Source of the DNA: Myxococcota bacterium
Lineage (GTDB): Bacteria > Myxococcota_A > UBA9160 > UBA6930
Assembly (NCBI GenBank): GCA_965223415.1
Contig: OZ245002.1
Span: 3,296,001-3,360,000 of the forward strand
Direction: 5' to 3'
Length of the DNA stretch: 64,000 nucleotides
The notes beneath the pieces were generated by a model that saw only the letters and a program-made list of their open reading frames with translations, did not search any database and was not told where the DNA came from. This document shows, piece by piece, positions 1 through 8,465 of this stretch. Position numbers and translations under genes: made by a program. Every line of letters begins with the position of its first letter. Positions within the stretch are counted from its first letter, which is position 1.

Positions 1-974
1 ATAAACTCTCGCCGCCGAAGGGCATCCTGCTCTACGGCCCTCCGGGCTGCGGCAAGACCCTCATCGCGAAGGCGGTGGCGAACGCCCTGGCCAAGCGCAT
101 CGAGGAGCGGACCGGTCGCGAGACGCCGGCCTACTTCCTCAACGTGAAGGGCCCGGAGCTCCTCAACAAGTACGTCGGCGAGACCGAGCACAAGATCCGC
201 GAGGTCTTCAAGCGCGCGCGAGAGAAGGCCAGCGAGGACGTGCCCGTCGTGATCTTCTTCGACGAGATGGACTCGCTCTTCCGCATGCGCGGCTCCGGAA
301 TCTCCTCGGACATGGAGGCCACCGTGGTGGCCCAGTTCCTCTCGGAGATCGACGGCGTCGAGTCGCTGAAGAACGTGATCGTGATCGGCGCCTCGAACCG
401 GCAGGATCTGATCGATCCCGCCGTGCTGCGCCCCGGCCGCCTCGACCTGAAGGTCAAGGTGAACCGCCCGGATCGCGAGGCTGCCTACGAGATCTTCACC
501 AAGTACCTGGTGGAGGACCTGCCCTTCCACGCCGATTCCGAGCAGCGCTACGGAAGCGATCCCTCGAAGATCGTCGACGGCATGATCCGCGACACCATCG
601 ACGACATGTACAACACGGGCGAGGACAACAAGTTCCTCGAGGTGACCTACGCCAAGGGCGAGCGCGAGATCTTCTACTTCAAGGATTTCGCCAGTGGCGC
701 CATGATCGAGAACATCGTCGCCCGCGCCAAGAAGATGGCGGTGAAGCGATTCATCGACCACCAGGAGCGCGGGATCCGGGTGAACGACCTGAAGCAGGCC
801 GTCCAGGACGAGTTCAAGGAGAACGAGGACCTCCCGAACACGACCAACCCGGACGATTGGGCGCGCATTTCCGGCCGCAAGGGCGAGCGCATCATCAACG
901 TCCGCACCCTGATCAGCGGGATCAGCCGCAAGGAGCGGTCGATCGAGAACATCGATTCCGGTCAGTACCTGTAG
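1..974 (+). CDS. arc: Proteasome-associated AAA+ ATPase ARC/Mpa (5'-truncated by window edge)
   Basis: Frame open from position 3 with Walker A GPPGCGKT, Walker [48 protein letters not shown] and C-terminal GQYL proteasome-docking motif. Confidence 0.95.
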   Translation, partial: KLSPPKGILLYGPPGCGKTLIAKAVANALAKRIEERTGRETPAYFLNVKGPELLNKYVGETEHKIREVFKRAREKASEDVPVVIFFDEMDSLFRMRGSGISSDMEATVVAQFLSEIDGVESLKNVIVIGASNRQDLIDPAVLRPGRLDLKVKVNRPDREAAYEIFTKYLVEDLPFHADSEQRYGSDPSKIVDGMIRDTIDDMYNTGEDNKFLEVTYAKGEREIFYFKDFASGAMIENIVARAKKMAVKRFIDHQERGIRVNDLKQAVQDEFKENEDLPNTTNPDDWARISGRKGERIINVRTLISGISRKERSIENIDSGQYL

Positions 975-1009
975 GAGGATCTCGCGTCCCCGCGGCGCCA
1001 GGCACGTTT

Positions 1010-2494
1010 ATGGCGATTCCGAAGGTGATGGGGACCGAGATCGAGTACGGGATCACGGTCAAGAACGACCGGGACTTCGATCCGATCTCGAGCTGCGTGC
1101 TGCTGGTGAACGCCTACCGCGAGGAGCGGGTGGCGAAGATCCTGTGGGACTACGACCAGGAGAACCCGCTGGCGGATGCCCGCGGCTTCCAGGTCGACGG
1201 CGAGAAGTACACGCCGAACCAGCAGGAGAACATCGCCCGCAACAAGACCCTCGAGAACGGTGCCCGCTACTACGTGGACCACGCGCACCCCGAGTACTCG
1301 TGCCCGGAGGTGACCAATCCCCACGAGCTGGTCGTTCACGAGAAGGCCGGCGAGCGGATCGTCGAGTTCTCGCGTCGCGAGGCCACGGCCCTGCTGCCCG
1401 AGGGCACGCAGATGCTGCTCCACAAGAACAACAGCGACCACAAGGGAAACAGCTACGGCTCCCACGAGAACTACCTGATGGACCGCCGGACGTCCTTCAA
1501 GCAGATCGTGGAGCACCTGATGCCGTTCTTCGTGAGCCGTCAGGTCTACACCGGCGCCGGCAAGGTGGGCAGCGAGAACCGGGCCCAGCCCTGCGACTAC
1601 CAGCTCTCCCAGCGGGCCGATTTCTTCGAGACCGAGGTCGCCCTCGACACGATGGTGAAGCGGCCCATCATCAACACCCGCGACGAGCCCCACGCCGATC
1701 GCGAGAAGTACCGGCGCCTCCACGTGATCGTGGGCGACGCGAACATGAGTGAGTACACGATCTACCTGCGCCAGGGCGCCACGGCGATCGTGCTGGCCAT
1801 GATCGAGGACGGCGCCATCGACCGGGATCTCTCGCTCCGCGACCCGGTACGGGCGATCAAGGAGGTCTCCCACGATCGCAGCTGCGCCCGCGAGGTCGAG
1901 CTCGCCACCGGCAAGAAGATGAGCGCCGTGCAGATGCAGCTCGAGTACCTGGAGATGGCCCGGAAGTACTGCGGGACGAGGGAGGTCGGCCCCTGGGCCG
2001 GGGACGTGCTCCAGAAGTGGGGCGAGGTGCTCGACGCCCTCGAGCGCGACCCCCTGGAGCTCGCGGACCGCATCGACTGGGTGATCAAGCAGGTGATGAT
2101 CGAGCGCTTCATGGAGCGGAAGTCGCTCGCGTGGGGTGATCCCCAGGTGCAGCTGCTCGACCTGCAGTACCACGACCTTCGCCCCGAGAAGGGCCTGTAC
2201 TATCTTCTCGAGAGACAGGGTCAGGTGGAACGGATCGTGACGGACCAGGAGATCACGAAGGCGATTACCGAGCCGCCCGAGGACACGCGGGCCTACTTCC
2301 GCGGACAATGCCTGAAGCGCTACGGCGAGGAGGTGTTCGGCGTCAACTGGGACTCGATCTCGTTCGGCATCGGAGACGAGCCGATCAAGCGGGTCCTGAT
2401 GGCGGAGCCGCTCAAGGGCTCCAAGCAGCACGTCGACGACCTGCTCGACCGCTCCTCCAGCGCAGCCGAGCTCGTCAAGAACCTTCGCGCCTGA
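1010..2494 (+). CDS. dop: Pup deamidase/depupylase Dop
   Basis: ATG at 1010; GTEIEYG, ENPLADARG, NGARYYVDHAHPEYS, KGNSYGSHENYL, RPIINTRDEPHAD, RLHVIVGDAN; lies between arc and pup. Confidence 0.92.
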   Translation: MAIPKVMGTEIEYGITVKNDRDFDPISSCVLLVNAYREERVAKILWDYDQENPLADARGFQVDGEKYTPNQQENIARNKTLENGARYYVDHAHPEYSCPEVTNPHELVVHEKAGERIVEFSRREATALLPEGTQMLLHKNNSDHKGNSYGSHENYLMDRRTSFKQIVEHLMPFFVSRQVYTGAGKVGSENRAQPCDYQLSQRADFFETEVALDTMVKRPIINTRDEPHADREKYRRLHVIVGDANMSEYTIYLRQGATAIVLAMIEDGAIDRDLSLRDPVRAIKEVSHDRSCAREVELATGKKMSAVQMQLEYLEMARKYCGTREVGPWAGDVLQKWGEVLDALERDPLELADRIDWVIKQVMIERFMERKSLAWGDPQVQLLDLQYHDLRPEKGLYYLLERQGQVERIVTDQEITKAITEPPEDTRAYFRGQCLKRYGEEVFGVNWDSISFGIGDEPIKRVLMAEPLKGSKQHVDDLLDRSSSAAELVKNLRA

Positions 2495-2548
2495 TCGATC
2501 GCCAGGAGTATCCTCGCTTCTCGCCTGCCCCCCGCCAGGAGACATCCC

Positions 2549-2830
2549 ATGATTCGCCGAACCGAACGACGGAACGACTTCGGAAACGAAGCCGACGCGG
2601 AGCTGCTGCTCCGCACGGCCCACGCCGCCGAGAGCACCCAGAAGCAGAAGACCGGAGACGGCGGCGGCGACGAGGGCGGCGAGAAGGCCGGCGACGGCAG
2701 CAAGAAGCTCGCCAAGAAGGGCGAGGCCCTGAAGGAAGAGATGGACGCCCTCGTCGACGAGATCGACGAGGTCCTCGAGGAGAACGCCGAGGAGTTCGTG
2801 AAGAACTACGTCCAGCGCGGGGGCGAGTAG
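2549..2830 (+). CDS. pup: Prokaryotic ubiquitin-like protein Pup (GGE terminus, extended N-terminus)
   Basis: C-terminal DEIDEVLEENAEEFVKNYVQRGGE; AGGAG RBS 7 nt before ATG; immediately upstream of prcB. Confidence 0.93.
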   Translation: MIRRTERRNDFGNEADAELLLRTAHAAESTQKQKTGDGGGDEGGEKAGDGSKKLAKKGEALKEEMDALVDEIDEVLEENAEEFVKNYVQRGGE

Positions 2831-2873
2831 GCCGCTTCCCGTCCGACACCATCACGCACACCGGGGGGGTTCC

Positions 2874-3668
2874 GTGCGGTTCTGGGATGGATACAAGGGC
2901 AGCAGCTTCATGGAGCTGCTCGACGTCGACTTTCCGCAGCTGAAGCCCGACGTCGGCGCTTGGCTGGCGAGCAGTGGGGAGATGCCGGAGACGGCTCACG
3001 GCACCACCTGCGTGGCGCTGCGCTTCGGCGACGGCGCCCTGGTGGCCGGTGATCGTCTCGCCACCATGGGCCACCAGGTGGCGAATCGCGACATCGAGAA
3101 GGTCTACGCCACCGACGACTTCTCGCTCATGGCGATCGCCGGTGCCGCCGGCCCCGCCATCGAGATGGCGCGGCTCCTCGGCATCCAGTTCGAGCACCAC
3201 GAGAAGATCGAGGGCGAGCCCCTCGAGCTCGAGGGCAAGGCCAACACCCTGGCCTCGCTGATCAAGCAGAACCTCCCGGCGGCCATGCAGGGCCTGGTGG
3301 TCGTGCCGCTCTTCGCCGGCTACGACCGGCGCCGCCGGACCGGGCGCGTCTGGAAGTACGAGGTGACCGGCGGCCGCTACGAGGAGCTCGAGTTCGACAG
3401 CATTGGCTCCGGCTCGATCTTCGCCAAGGAATCCCTCAAGAAGTCGTACGCCTCCGGCGCGAGCCGCGAGGAGGCGATCCGCATGGCCATCCAGGCGCTC
3501 ACCGACGCCGCCGACGAGGACACGGCGACCGGCGGCGTCGACCTGCACCGGCAGATCTTCCCCCGCGTGAAGCTCGTGGGTTCCCGGGGCGTGGATGAGG
3601 TGGGTGACGAGGAGATCGCCCAGGTGTACCAGGGCGTCATCGACGCCCGCCGCCGGCCGGGAGCGTAG
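2874..3668 (+). CDS. prcB: 20S proteasome beta subunit
   Basis: Propeptide ending AHG/TT with catalytic Thr, AGDRLAT, GSGS, DEDTATGG motifs. Confidence 0.93.
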   Translation: MRFWDGYKGSSFMELLDVDFPQLKPDVGAWLASSGEMPETAHGTTCVALRFGDGALVAGDRLATMGHQVANRDIEKVYATDDFSLMAIAGAAGPAIEMARLLGIQFEHHEKIEGEPLELEGKANTLASLIKQNLPAAMQGLVVVPLFAGYDRRRRTGRVWKYEVTGGRYEELEFDSIGSGSIFAKESLKKSYASGASREEAIRMAIQALTDAADEDTATGGVDLHRQIFPRVKLVGSRGVDEVGDEEIAQVYQGVIDARRRPGA

Positions 3669-3670
3669 TC

Positions 3671-4363
3671 ATGTCCTTTCCGTTCTACGTCAACCCGGAG
3701 CAGATGACCCAGGACAAGGCCGAGTTCGCCCGCAAGGGCATCGCTCGGGGCAAGTCCATCGTCACCGTCGAATACGACCAGGGCGTCGTGATGGTGGCCG
3801 AGAACCCGACCCGGCTGCACAAGCTGGGCGAAGTCTACGACCGGGTGGCCTTCGCCGGCGTCGGCAAGTTCAGCGAGTTCGATCGTCTCCGGAAGATGGG
3901 CGTGCAGTGGGCCGACGTGGAGGGCTACCGCTTCAGCCGCGACGACGTGCGCGGCAAGGCCCTGGCCAACGTCTACTCCCAGATCCTGGGCGAGGAGTTC
4001 AGCCGCTCGATGAAGCCCTTCGAGGTGGAGATCGTGGTGGCCGAGGTCGGCGATCCGGAGCTCGTGGGCCACGAGAACAACGCGCTCTTCAAGATCGGCT
4101 TCGACGGCACCGTCCAGGACCAGGAAGGCTTCTGCGTGATCGGCGGCTCCGAGGGCAACCTCCAGAACCACATGCAGTCGAACTACCGGGACGGCCTCGA
4201 CCTCGCGCAGGCCCTTGCCCTCGGGCGTGAGGCGCTCCAGCGGGCCGAGAACGGCACGCCGGACCTGCCGGCCAAGAGCCTCGAGGTCTGCGCGCTCGAT
4301 CGCAGCCGCCCGGGTCGCAAGTTCAAGCGGCTCACCACCGAGGAGGTGGCCGGGCTCATCTAG
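3671..4363 (+). CDS. prcA: 20S proteasome alpha subunit
   Basis: N-terminus MSFPFYVNPEQMTQDKAEFARKGIARGKS, YDRVAFAGVG, KPFEVEIVVAEVG typical of actinobacterial-type PrcA. Confidence 0.93.
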   Translation: MSFPFYVNPEQMTQDKAEFARKGIARGKSIVTVEYDQGVVMVAENPTRLHKLGEVYDRVAFAGVGKFSEFDRLRKMGVQWADVEGYRFSRDDVRGKALANVYSQILGEEFSRSMKPFEVEIVVAEVGDPELVGHENNALFKIGFDGTVQDQEGFCVIGGSEGNLQNHMQSNYRDGLDLAQALALGREALQRAENGTPDLPAKSLEVCALDRSRPGRKFKRLTTEEVAGLI

Positions 4364-5232
4364 GCGCCGGCCGTCCGTCCCTTCAGGTAGGCGTAGCCCG
4401 CCCTCGCCGTGGCGAGCGGATCGGGCGCCGTGTCATGCTCGACGAAGTAGTGGCGGAGCCCGGCCTGTCCGGCCCGGGCGAAGATCGCCTCGAAGGGCAC
4501 CGTGCCTTCGCCCGGGTCGACGAAGGTGCCGTCCGCCAGCACATCCTTCACGTGGCAGACGGGGAAGCGTCCCGGGAAGCGGGCGAAGGCCGGCAGCGGA
4601 TCGAAGCCCGCCGCCTTCGCCCAGCCGAGATCGATTTCCAGGCGCACCCGCTCCGGATCCGTCTCCTCGAGGATCACGTCGTAGGGGAGGCGGCCCTCCA
4701 CCGGCGTGAACTCGAAGTGGTGGTTGTGATAGCCGAAGACGAGGCCGGCCTTCGAGAAGGCCTCGCCCATGGCGTTCAGCTCAGAGGCGATCGCCTTCCA
4801 GTCGTCGAGGGAGAGGTCGGTGCGGATGCGCCACTCGCCCTTCTCCTGGTAGACGACCTGGCGCGGCGCCGAGAGGAAGACGTACCTCGCGCCCAGGGCG
4901 TGGGCCGCTTCGATCTCCTGCTCCGGCGGACCCTCCAGGTGCGTCGACGGCGCGCGCAGGCCGAGGCCGTCGAGCATTGACCGGATCTCGCCGGGAGCGT
5001 GACCGGCGCGTCCGGAGACCTGCACCTCCCGGTAGCCGATCGCCGCGACCTTCTCGAGGGTGCCGCGGTAGTCCTTCGCCAGGAGCTCTCGCAGGGTGTA
5101 GAGCTGGAGTCCGGGCTCGATCGGGGTCTCGGTGGATGTCATGGCGGCTCCTGGGCCGAGGGCCGCGCTCCCGGCACCGAGCGCAGCCGCGGTATGCAGG
5201 AAGTGCCGCCGGGTGAAGCCTCGATCGCCCAC
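4360..5232 (-). CDS. Tat-exported sugar phosphate isomerase/epimerase family TIM-barrel protein
   Basis: TRRHFL twin-arginine signal; GLQLYTLR, YHNHHFEF, EIDLGW, HVKD, FVEHD motifs. Confidence 0.85.
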   Translation of the reverse strand: MGDRGFTRRHFLHTAAALGAGSAALGPGAAMTSTETPIEPGLQLYTLRELLAKDYRGTLEKVAAIGYREVQVSGRAGHAPGEIRSMLDGLGLRAPSTHLEGPPEQEIEAAHALGARYVFLSAPRQVVYQEKGEWRIRTDLSLDDWKAIASELNAMGEAFSKAGLVFGYHNHHFEFTPVEGRLPYDVILEETDPERVRLEIDLGWAKAAGFDPLPAFARFPGRFPVCHVKDVLADGTFVDPGEGTVPFEAIFARAGQAGLRHYFVEHDTAPDPLATARAGYAYLKGRTAGA

Positions 5233-5285
5233 GAGAGCGACGCTACCGCCTCCCCGCGGGGCCGGCCAGTCCCGCGGAACGCACC

Positions 5286-5322
5286 GAAAGCTCCCGGCCG
5301 TACCTGCCGATAGAGGAAGGGC
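5286..5322 (+). promoter_or_regulatory. Putative sigma28-like promoter upstream of pafA
   Basis: GAAA-N16-GCCGATAG; 18-mer TGCCGATAGAGGAAGGGC matches the mreB upstream 18-mer at 16/18. Confidence 0.4.
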
Positions 5323-5353
5323 TACATTGGCCCTCCGGACCGGGTGGGAGCGC

Positions 5354-6760
5354 GTGCAGAAGCGAATCTACGGAGTCGAGACCGAGTACGGGATCATCTT
5401 CACCCCTGAGGGGCGGAAGACCCTGCCGGTCGAGAAGGCGATCCGCTTCCTGTTCGAGAAGCTGATCACCACGGAGCACTTCCTGAACGTGTTCCTGGAG
5501 AACGGCGCGCGCTTCTACCAGGACACGGGCTGTCACCCGGAGTACGCGACGCCGGAGTGCGCCTCGCCCCGCCAGCTGATCGTCTACGACCGGGCCGGCG
5601 AGCGGATCCTGGAAGACCTCCAGGACTATGCCGAGGAGAAGATCCGCGAAGAGCGGATCGCCGGAAAGCTCTCGATCTTCAAGAACAACACCGACTTCGT
5701 CGGGAACTCCTACGGCTGCCACGAGAACTACCTCGTCGACCGCGACGTGGACTTCTACTACCTGGCCGAGCAGCTGATCCCGTTCCTGGTCACCCGCCAG
5801 ATCTACACCGGCGCGGGCAAGGTCTTCCAGACCCAGGACGGCGTGCACTACTGCATCAGTCAGCGCGCCCAGCACATCTACCAGAAGATCTCGGGCACGA
5901 CGACGAACGACCGCTCGATCATCAACACTCGCGACGAGCCCCACGCCGACCGGGAGCGCTATCGGCGCCTCCACGTCATCGTCGGTGATTCGAACATGAG
6001 CGAGTACACGAACTTCGTGAAGATCGGCTCGTGTGCGGTGGTCCTCCAGATGATCGAGGACAACTACATCAACAAGGACTTCACGCTCCGCAACCCGGTC
6101 AAGGCGATCAAGGACATCTCCTACGACACGACCTGCAAGCGGAAGCTGCGCCTCGACAACGGGCGCGAGTACTCGCCCATCGAGATCCAGCGCGAGTACT
6201 GCGAGATGGCCCAGAAGTACATCGAGCAGTACCCGGTTTCCGACGAGCTCAAGGAGAGCGTCGGCATGTGGCAGTACGTGCTCGACTGCCTCGACGACGA
6301 TCCCAACAGGCTCGACCGCAAGATCGACTGGGTAATCAAGCGCCGGCTGATCGAGAGCTACGTGGAGCGCCACGGCTCCCGCTGGAGCGATCCGCGGGTA
6401 TTCATGCTCGACCTCCAATACCACGACATCCGCGTGAGCCGCGGCCTCTACTACCTCCTCGAGCGCAAGGGCGCGGTGGATCGCATCCTGAACGACGAGG
6501 AGATCATCAAGGCCAAGACCGAGCCGCCCCCGGACACCCGGGCGCGGATGCGCGGCGAGTTCATCAAGCTCGCGCGCCAGAACGGCATCCAGTACGACCT
6601 GGACTGGTCGAACATCCGGCTCGGCAACCTGCTCAACGTCCGCGTGATCTGCAACAATCCCTTCGAGACGGACACGGAGAAGGTGGCCGAGCTGGTGCGC
6701 ACGATCCAGAAGACGAACCTGCGCAAGACCAGCCTGTCGAAGCTAGTGATCCAGTCTTGA
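5354..6760 (+). CDS. pafA: Pup--protein ligase PafA
   Basis: GTG start after GGGAG; RIYGVETEYG, NVFLENGARFY, HPEYATPEC, KNNTDFVGNSYGCHENYL, SQRAQHI, INTRDEPHAD, DLQYHDI, PPPDTRA. Confidence 0.92.
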   Translation: MQKRIYGVETEYGIIFTPEGRKTLPVEKAIRFLFEKLITTEHFLNVFLENGARFYQDTGCHPEYATPECASPRQLIVYDRAGERILEDLQDYAEEKIREERIAGKLSIFKNNTDFVGNSYGCHENYLVDRDVDFYYLAEQLIPFLVTRQIYTGAGKVFQTQDGVHYCISQRAQHIYQKISGTTTNDRSIINTRDEPHADRERYRRLHVIVGDSNMSEYTNFVKIGSCAVVLQMIEDNYINKDFTLRNPVKAIKDISYDTTCKRKLRLDNGREYSPIEIQREYCEMAQKYIEQYPVSDELKESVGMWQYVLDCLDDDPNRLDRKIDWVIKRRLIESYVERHGSRWSDPRVFMLDLQYHDIRVSRGLYYLLERKGAVDRILNDEEIIKAKTEPPPDTRARMRGEFIKLARQNGIQYDLDWSNIRLGNLLNVRVICNNPFETDTEKVAELVRTIQKTNLRKTSLSKLVIQS

Positions 6761-6782
6761 TCCAGACCCGCGGAGGCCCCCC

Positions 6783-7208
6783 ATGACCGACGCACGTCCG
6801 CATCTCGTCGCCCTGGACCCGGACGCAACGCCGCCGGAAGCCGGCGGAGCGCCGGCGCCGGCTCCCTCCGAAGGACCGCCCGCCCTCGGCCGCTACGGCT
6901 GGGTCGCCGCCGCCCTGGCGCTGGTCTGTGCGATCGGCTGGGGCGTCATGGCCAACCGCGCCTCGCAGCTCGAGGGCGAGCTCGCGGCCTCCCAGGCGGC
7001 CCTGGCCGCCGCCGAGGGCCGTATCGAGGACTACCAGGCACACTTGGGCCAGGTCCGAGAGCGCACCGAAGGGCTCGTGGCCGGCATGGACGCGCTGGTC
7101 GGACAGCTCGGCTCCCTGGCCACGGACCTCGAGAGCCTGGGCGGCCTCGTGGGCGACGACCCCACAGCCGCCGGCAACGAGCCCGGCGAAGCACCCGCCG
7201 GGCCTTAG
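6783..7208 (+). CDS. Hypothetical single-pass membrane protein with coiled coil
   Basis: GGAGG RBS; hydrophobic segment WVAAALALVCAIGWGVM followed by heptad-like helix; host-like codon usage. Confidence 0.65.
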   Translation: MTDARPHLVALDPDATPPEAGGAPAPAPSEGPPALGRYGWVAAALALVCAIGWGVMANRASQLEGELAASQAALAAAEGRIEDYQAHLGQVRERTEGLVAGMDALVGQLGSLATDLESLGGLVGDDPTAAGNEPGEAPAGP

Positions 7209-7293
7209 CTCTTCCGGCCGCCCGCGTCCTCGAGGCGCACCCGGGGTGCGCTCATTTCCCGCGCAATTCCGGCGGCTTCCGGCCGTCCGTCAC

Positions 7294-7329
7294 TCAACTC
7301 CTGCCGCCTCGTGCCGATAGGGGAAAGGC
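7294..7329 (+). promoter_or_regulatory. Putative sigma28-like promoter upstream of mreB
   Basis: TCAA-N15-GCCGATAG, close to the FliA/WhiG consensus TAAA-N15-GCCGATAA. Confidence 0.45.
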
Positions 7330-7372
7330 CGGCCCGGTCCATGCCGGACGGGCCCTGCGCGAGGCGACCTTC

Positions 7373-8407
7373 ATGCTCGACGCCATTGCCGGCCTGTTCA
7401 GTAGCGACCTGGCCATCGATCTGGGCACGGCCAACACCCTGGTCTACGTGAAGGGCAAGGGCCTGATCTGCTCGGAGCCGTCGGTCGTCGCCGTGGCGAA
7501 GGACTCGAGCGGTCGCGGCGACAAGGTGCTGGCGGTCGGCCACGAGGCCAAGGAGATGCTCGGCCGCACGCCCGGCGGCATCCGCGCCATCCGCCCGATC
7601 AAGGACGGCGTCATCGCCGACTTCGAGATCACCGAGGCGATGCTCCGCTACTTCATCCAGCGCGCCCACAACCGGCGCAAGCTGGTCCGCCCGCGCATCG
7701 CGATCTGCGTGCCGCCCTGCATCACCAGCGTCGAGAAGCGCGCGGTGCGCGAGAGCGCGCTCAGCGCCGGCGCCCGCGAGGTGTACCTGATCGAGGAGCC
7801 GATGGCGGCGGCGATCGGCGCCGGCCTCGACGTGACGGCGGCGACGGGCAACATGGTCGTCGACATCGGCGGCGGCACCACCGACGTCGCAGTGATCTCG
7901 CTCTCGGGCATCGTCACCAGCCGATCGATCCGCTGCGGCGGCGACGCCATGGACGACGCCGTCGTCAACTACGTGAAGCGCAAGTACAACATGCTGATCG
8001 GCGAGCGTACCGCCGAAGGCTGCAAGGTGAACATCGCCACGGCTTCGCCGACGGCGAAGACCGAGACGATGGAGATCAAGGGCCGCGACCTCGTCGCCGG
8101 CATCCCGAAGGTCGTCGTCACGACCAGCGAGGAGATCCGCGAGGCGCTGCTCGAGCCGATCGGCCAGATCGTCGAGACCGTCCACCTCACCCTCGAGCGC
8201 ACCCCGCCGGAGCTGGCCGCCGACATCGTCGACCGCGGCATCATGCTCGTTGGCGGCGGCAGCCTGCTGAACGATCTCGACCAGGTCCTCCGCCAGGAGA
8301 CCAAGCTCCCGATCCTGCGCAGCGAGGATCCCTTCACGGCAGTGGTCCACGGCGCCGGCCGCGCGCTGGACAATCTGGACCTGCTGAAGGAAGTGGCGAT
8401 CCAGTAG
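7373..8407 (+). CDS. mreB: Rod shape-determining actin homolog MreB
   Basis: AIDLGTANT, RPIKDGVIADF, IEEPMAAAIGAG, DIGGGTT, GERTAE, LERTPPELAADI. Confidence 0.95.
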   Translation: MLDAIAGLFSSDLAIDLGTANTLVYVKGKGLICSEPSVVAVAKDSSGRGDKVLAVGHEAKEMLGRTPGGIRAIRPIKDGVIADFEITEAMLRYFIQRAHNRRKLVRPRIAICVPPCITSVEKRAVRESALSAGAREVYLIEEPMAAAIGAGLDVTAATGNMVVDIGGGTTDVAVISLSGIVTSRSIRCGGDAMDDAVVNYVKRKYNMLIGERTAEGCKVNIATASPTAKTETMEIKGRDLVAGIPKVVVTTSEEIREALLEPIGQIVETVHLTLERTPPELAADIVDRGIMLVGGGSLLNDLDQVLRQETKLPILRSEDPFTAVVHGAGRALDNLDLLKEVAIQ

Positions 8408-8465
8408 TCGCCCCGGCGGGAACAGAACCGGGGGGCGGCCGGGATTCGCTACATCAGGGCGACCG

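Noticed and set aside
2549..2830. Calling the modifier UBact
   Set aside because: The C-terminus is EEFVKNYVQRGGE with the Pup helix motif, not the R(S/T)G(E/Q) ending of UBact
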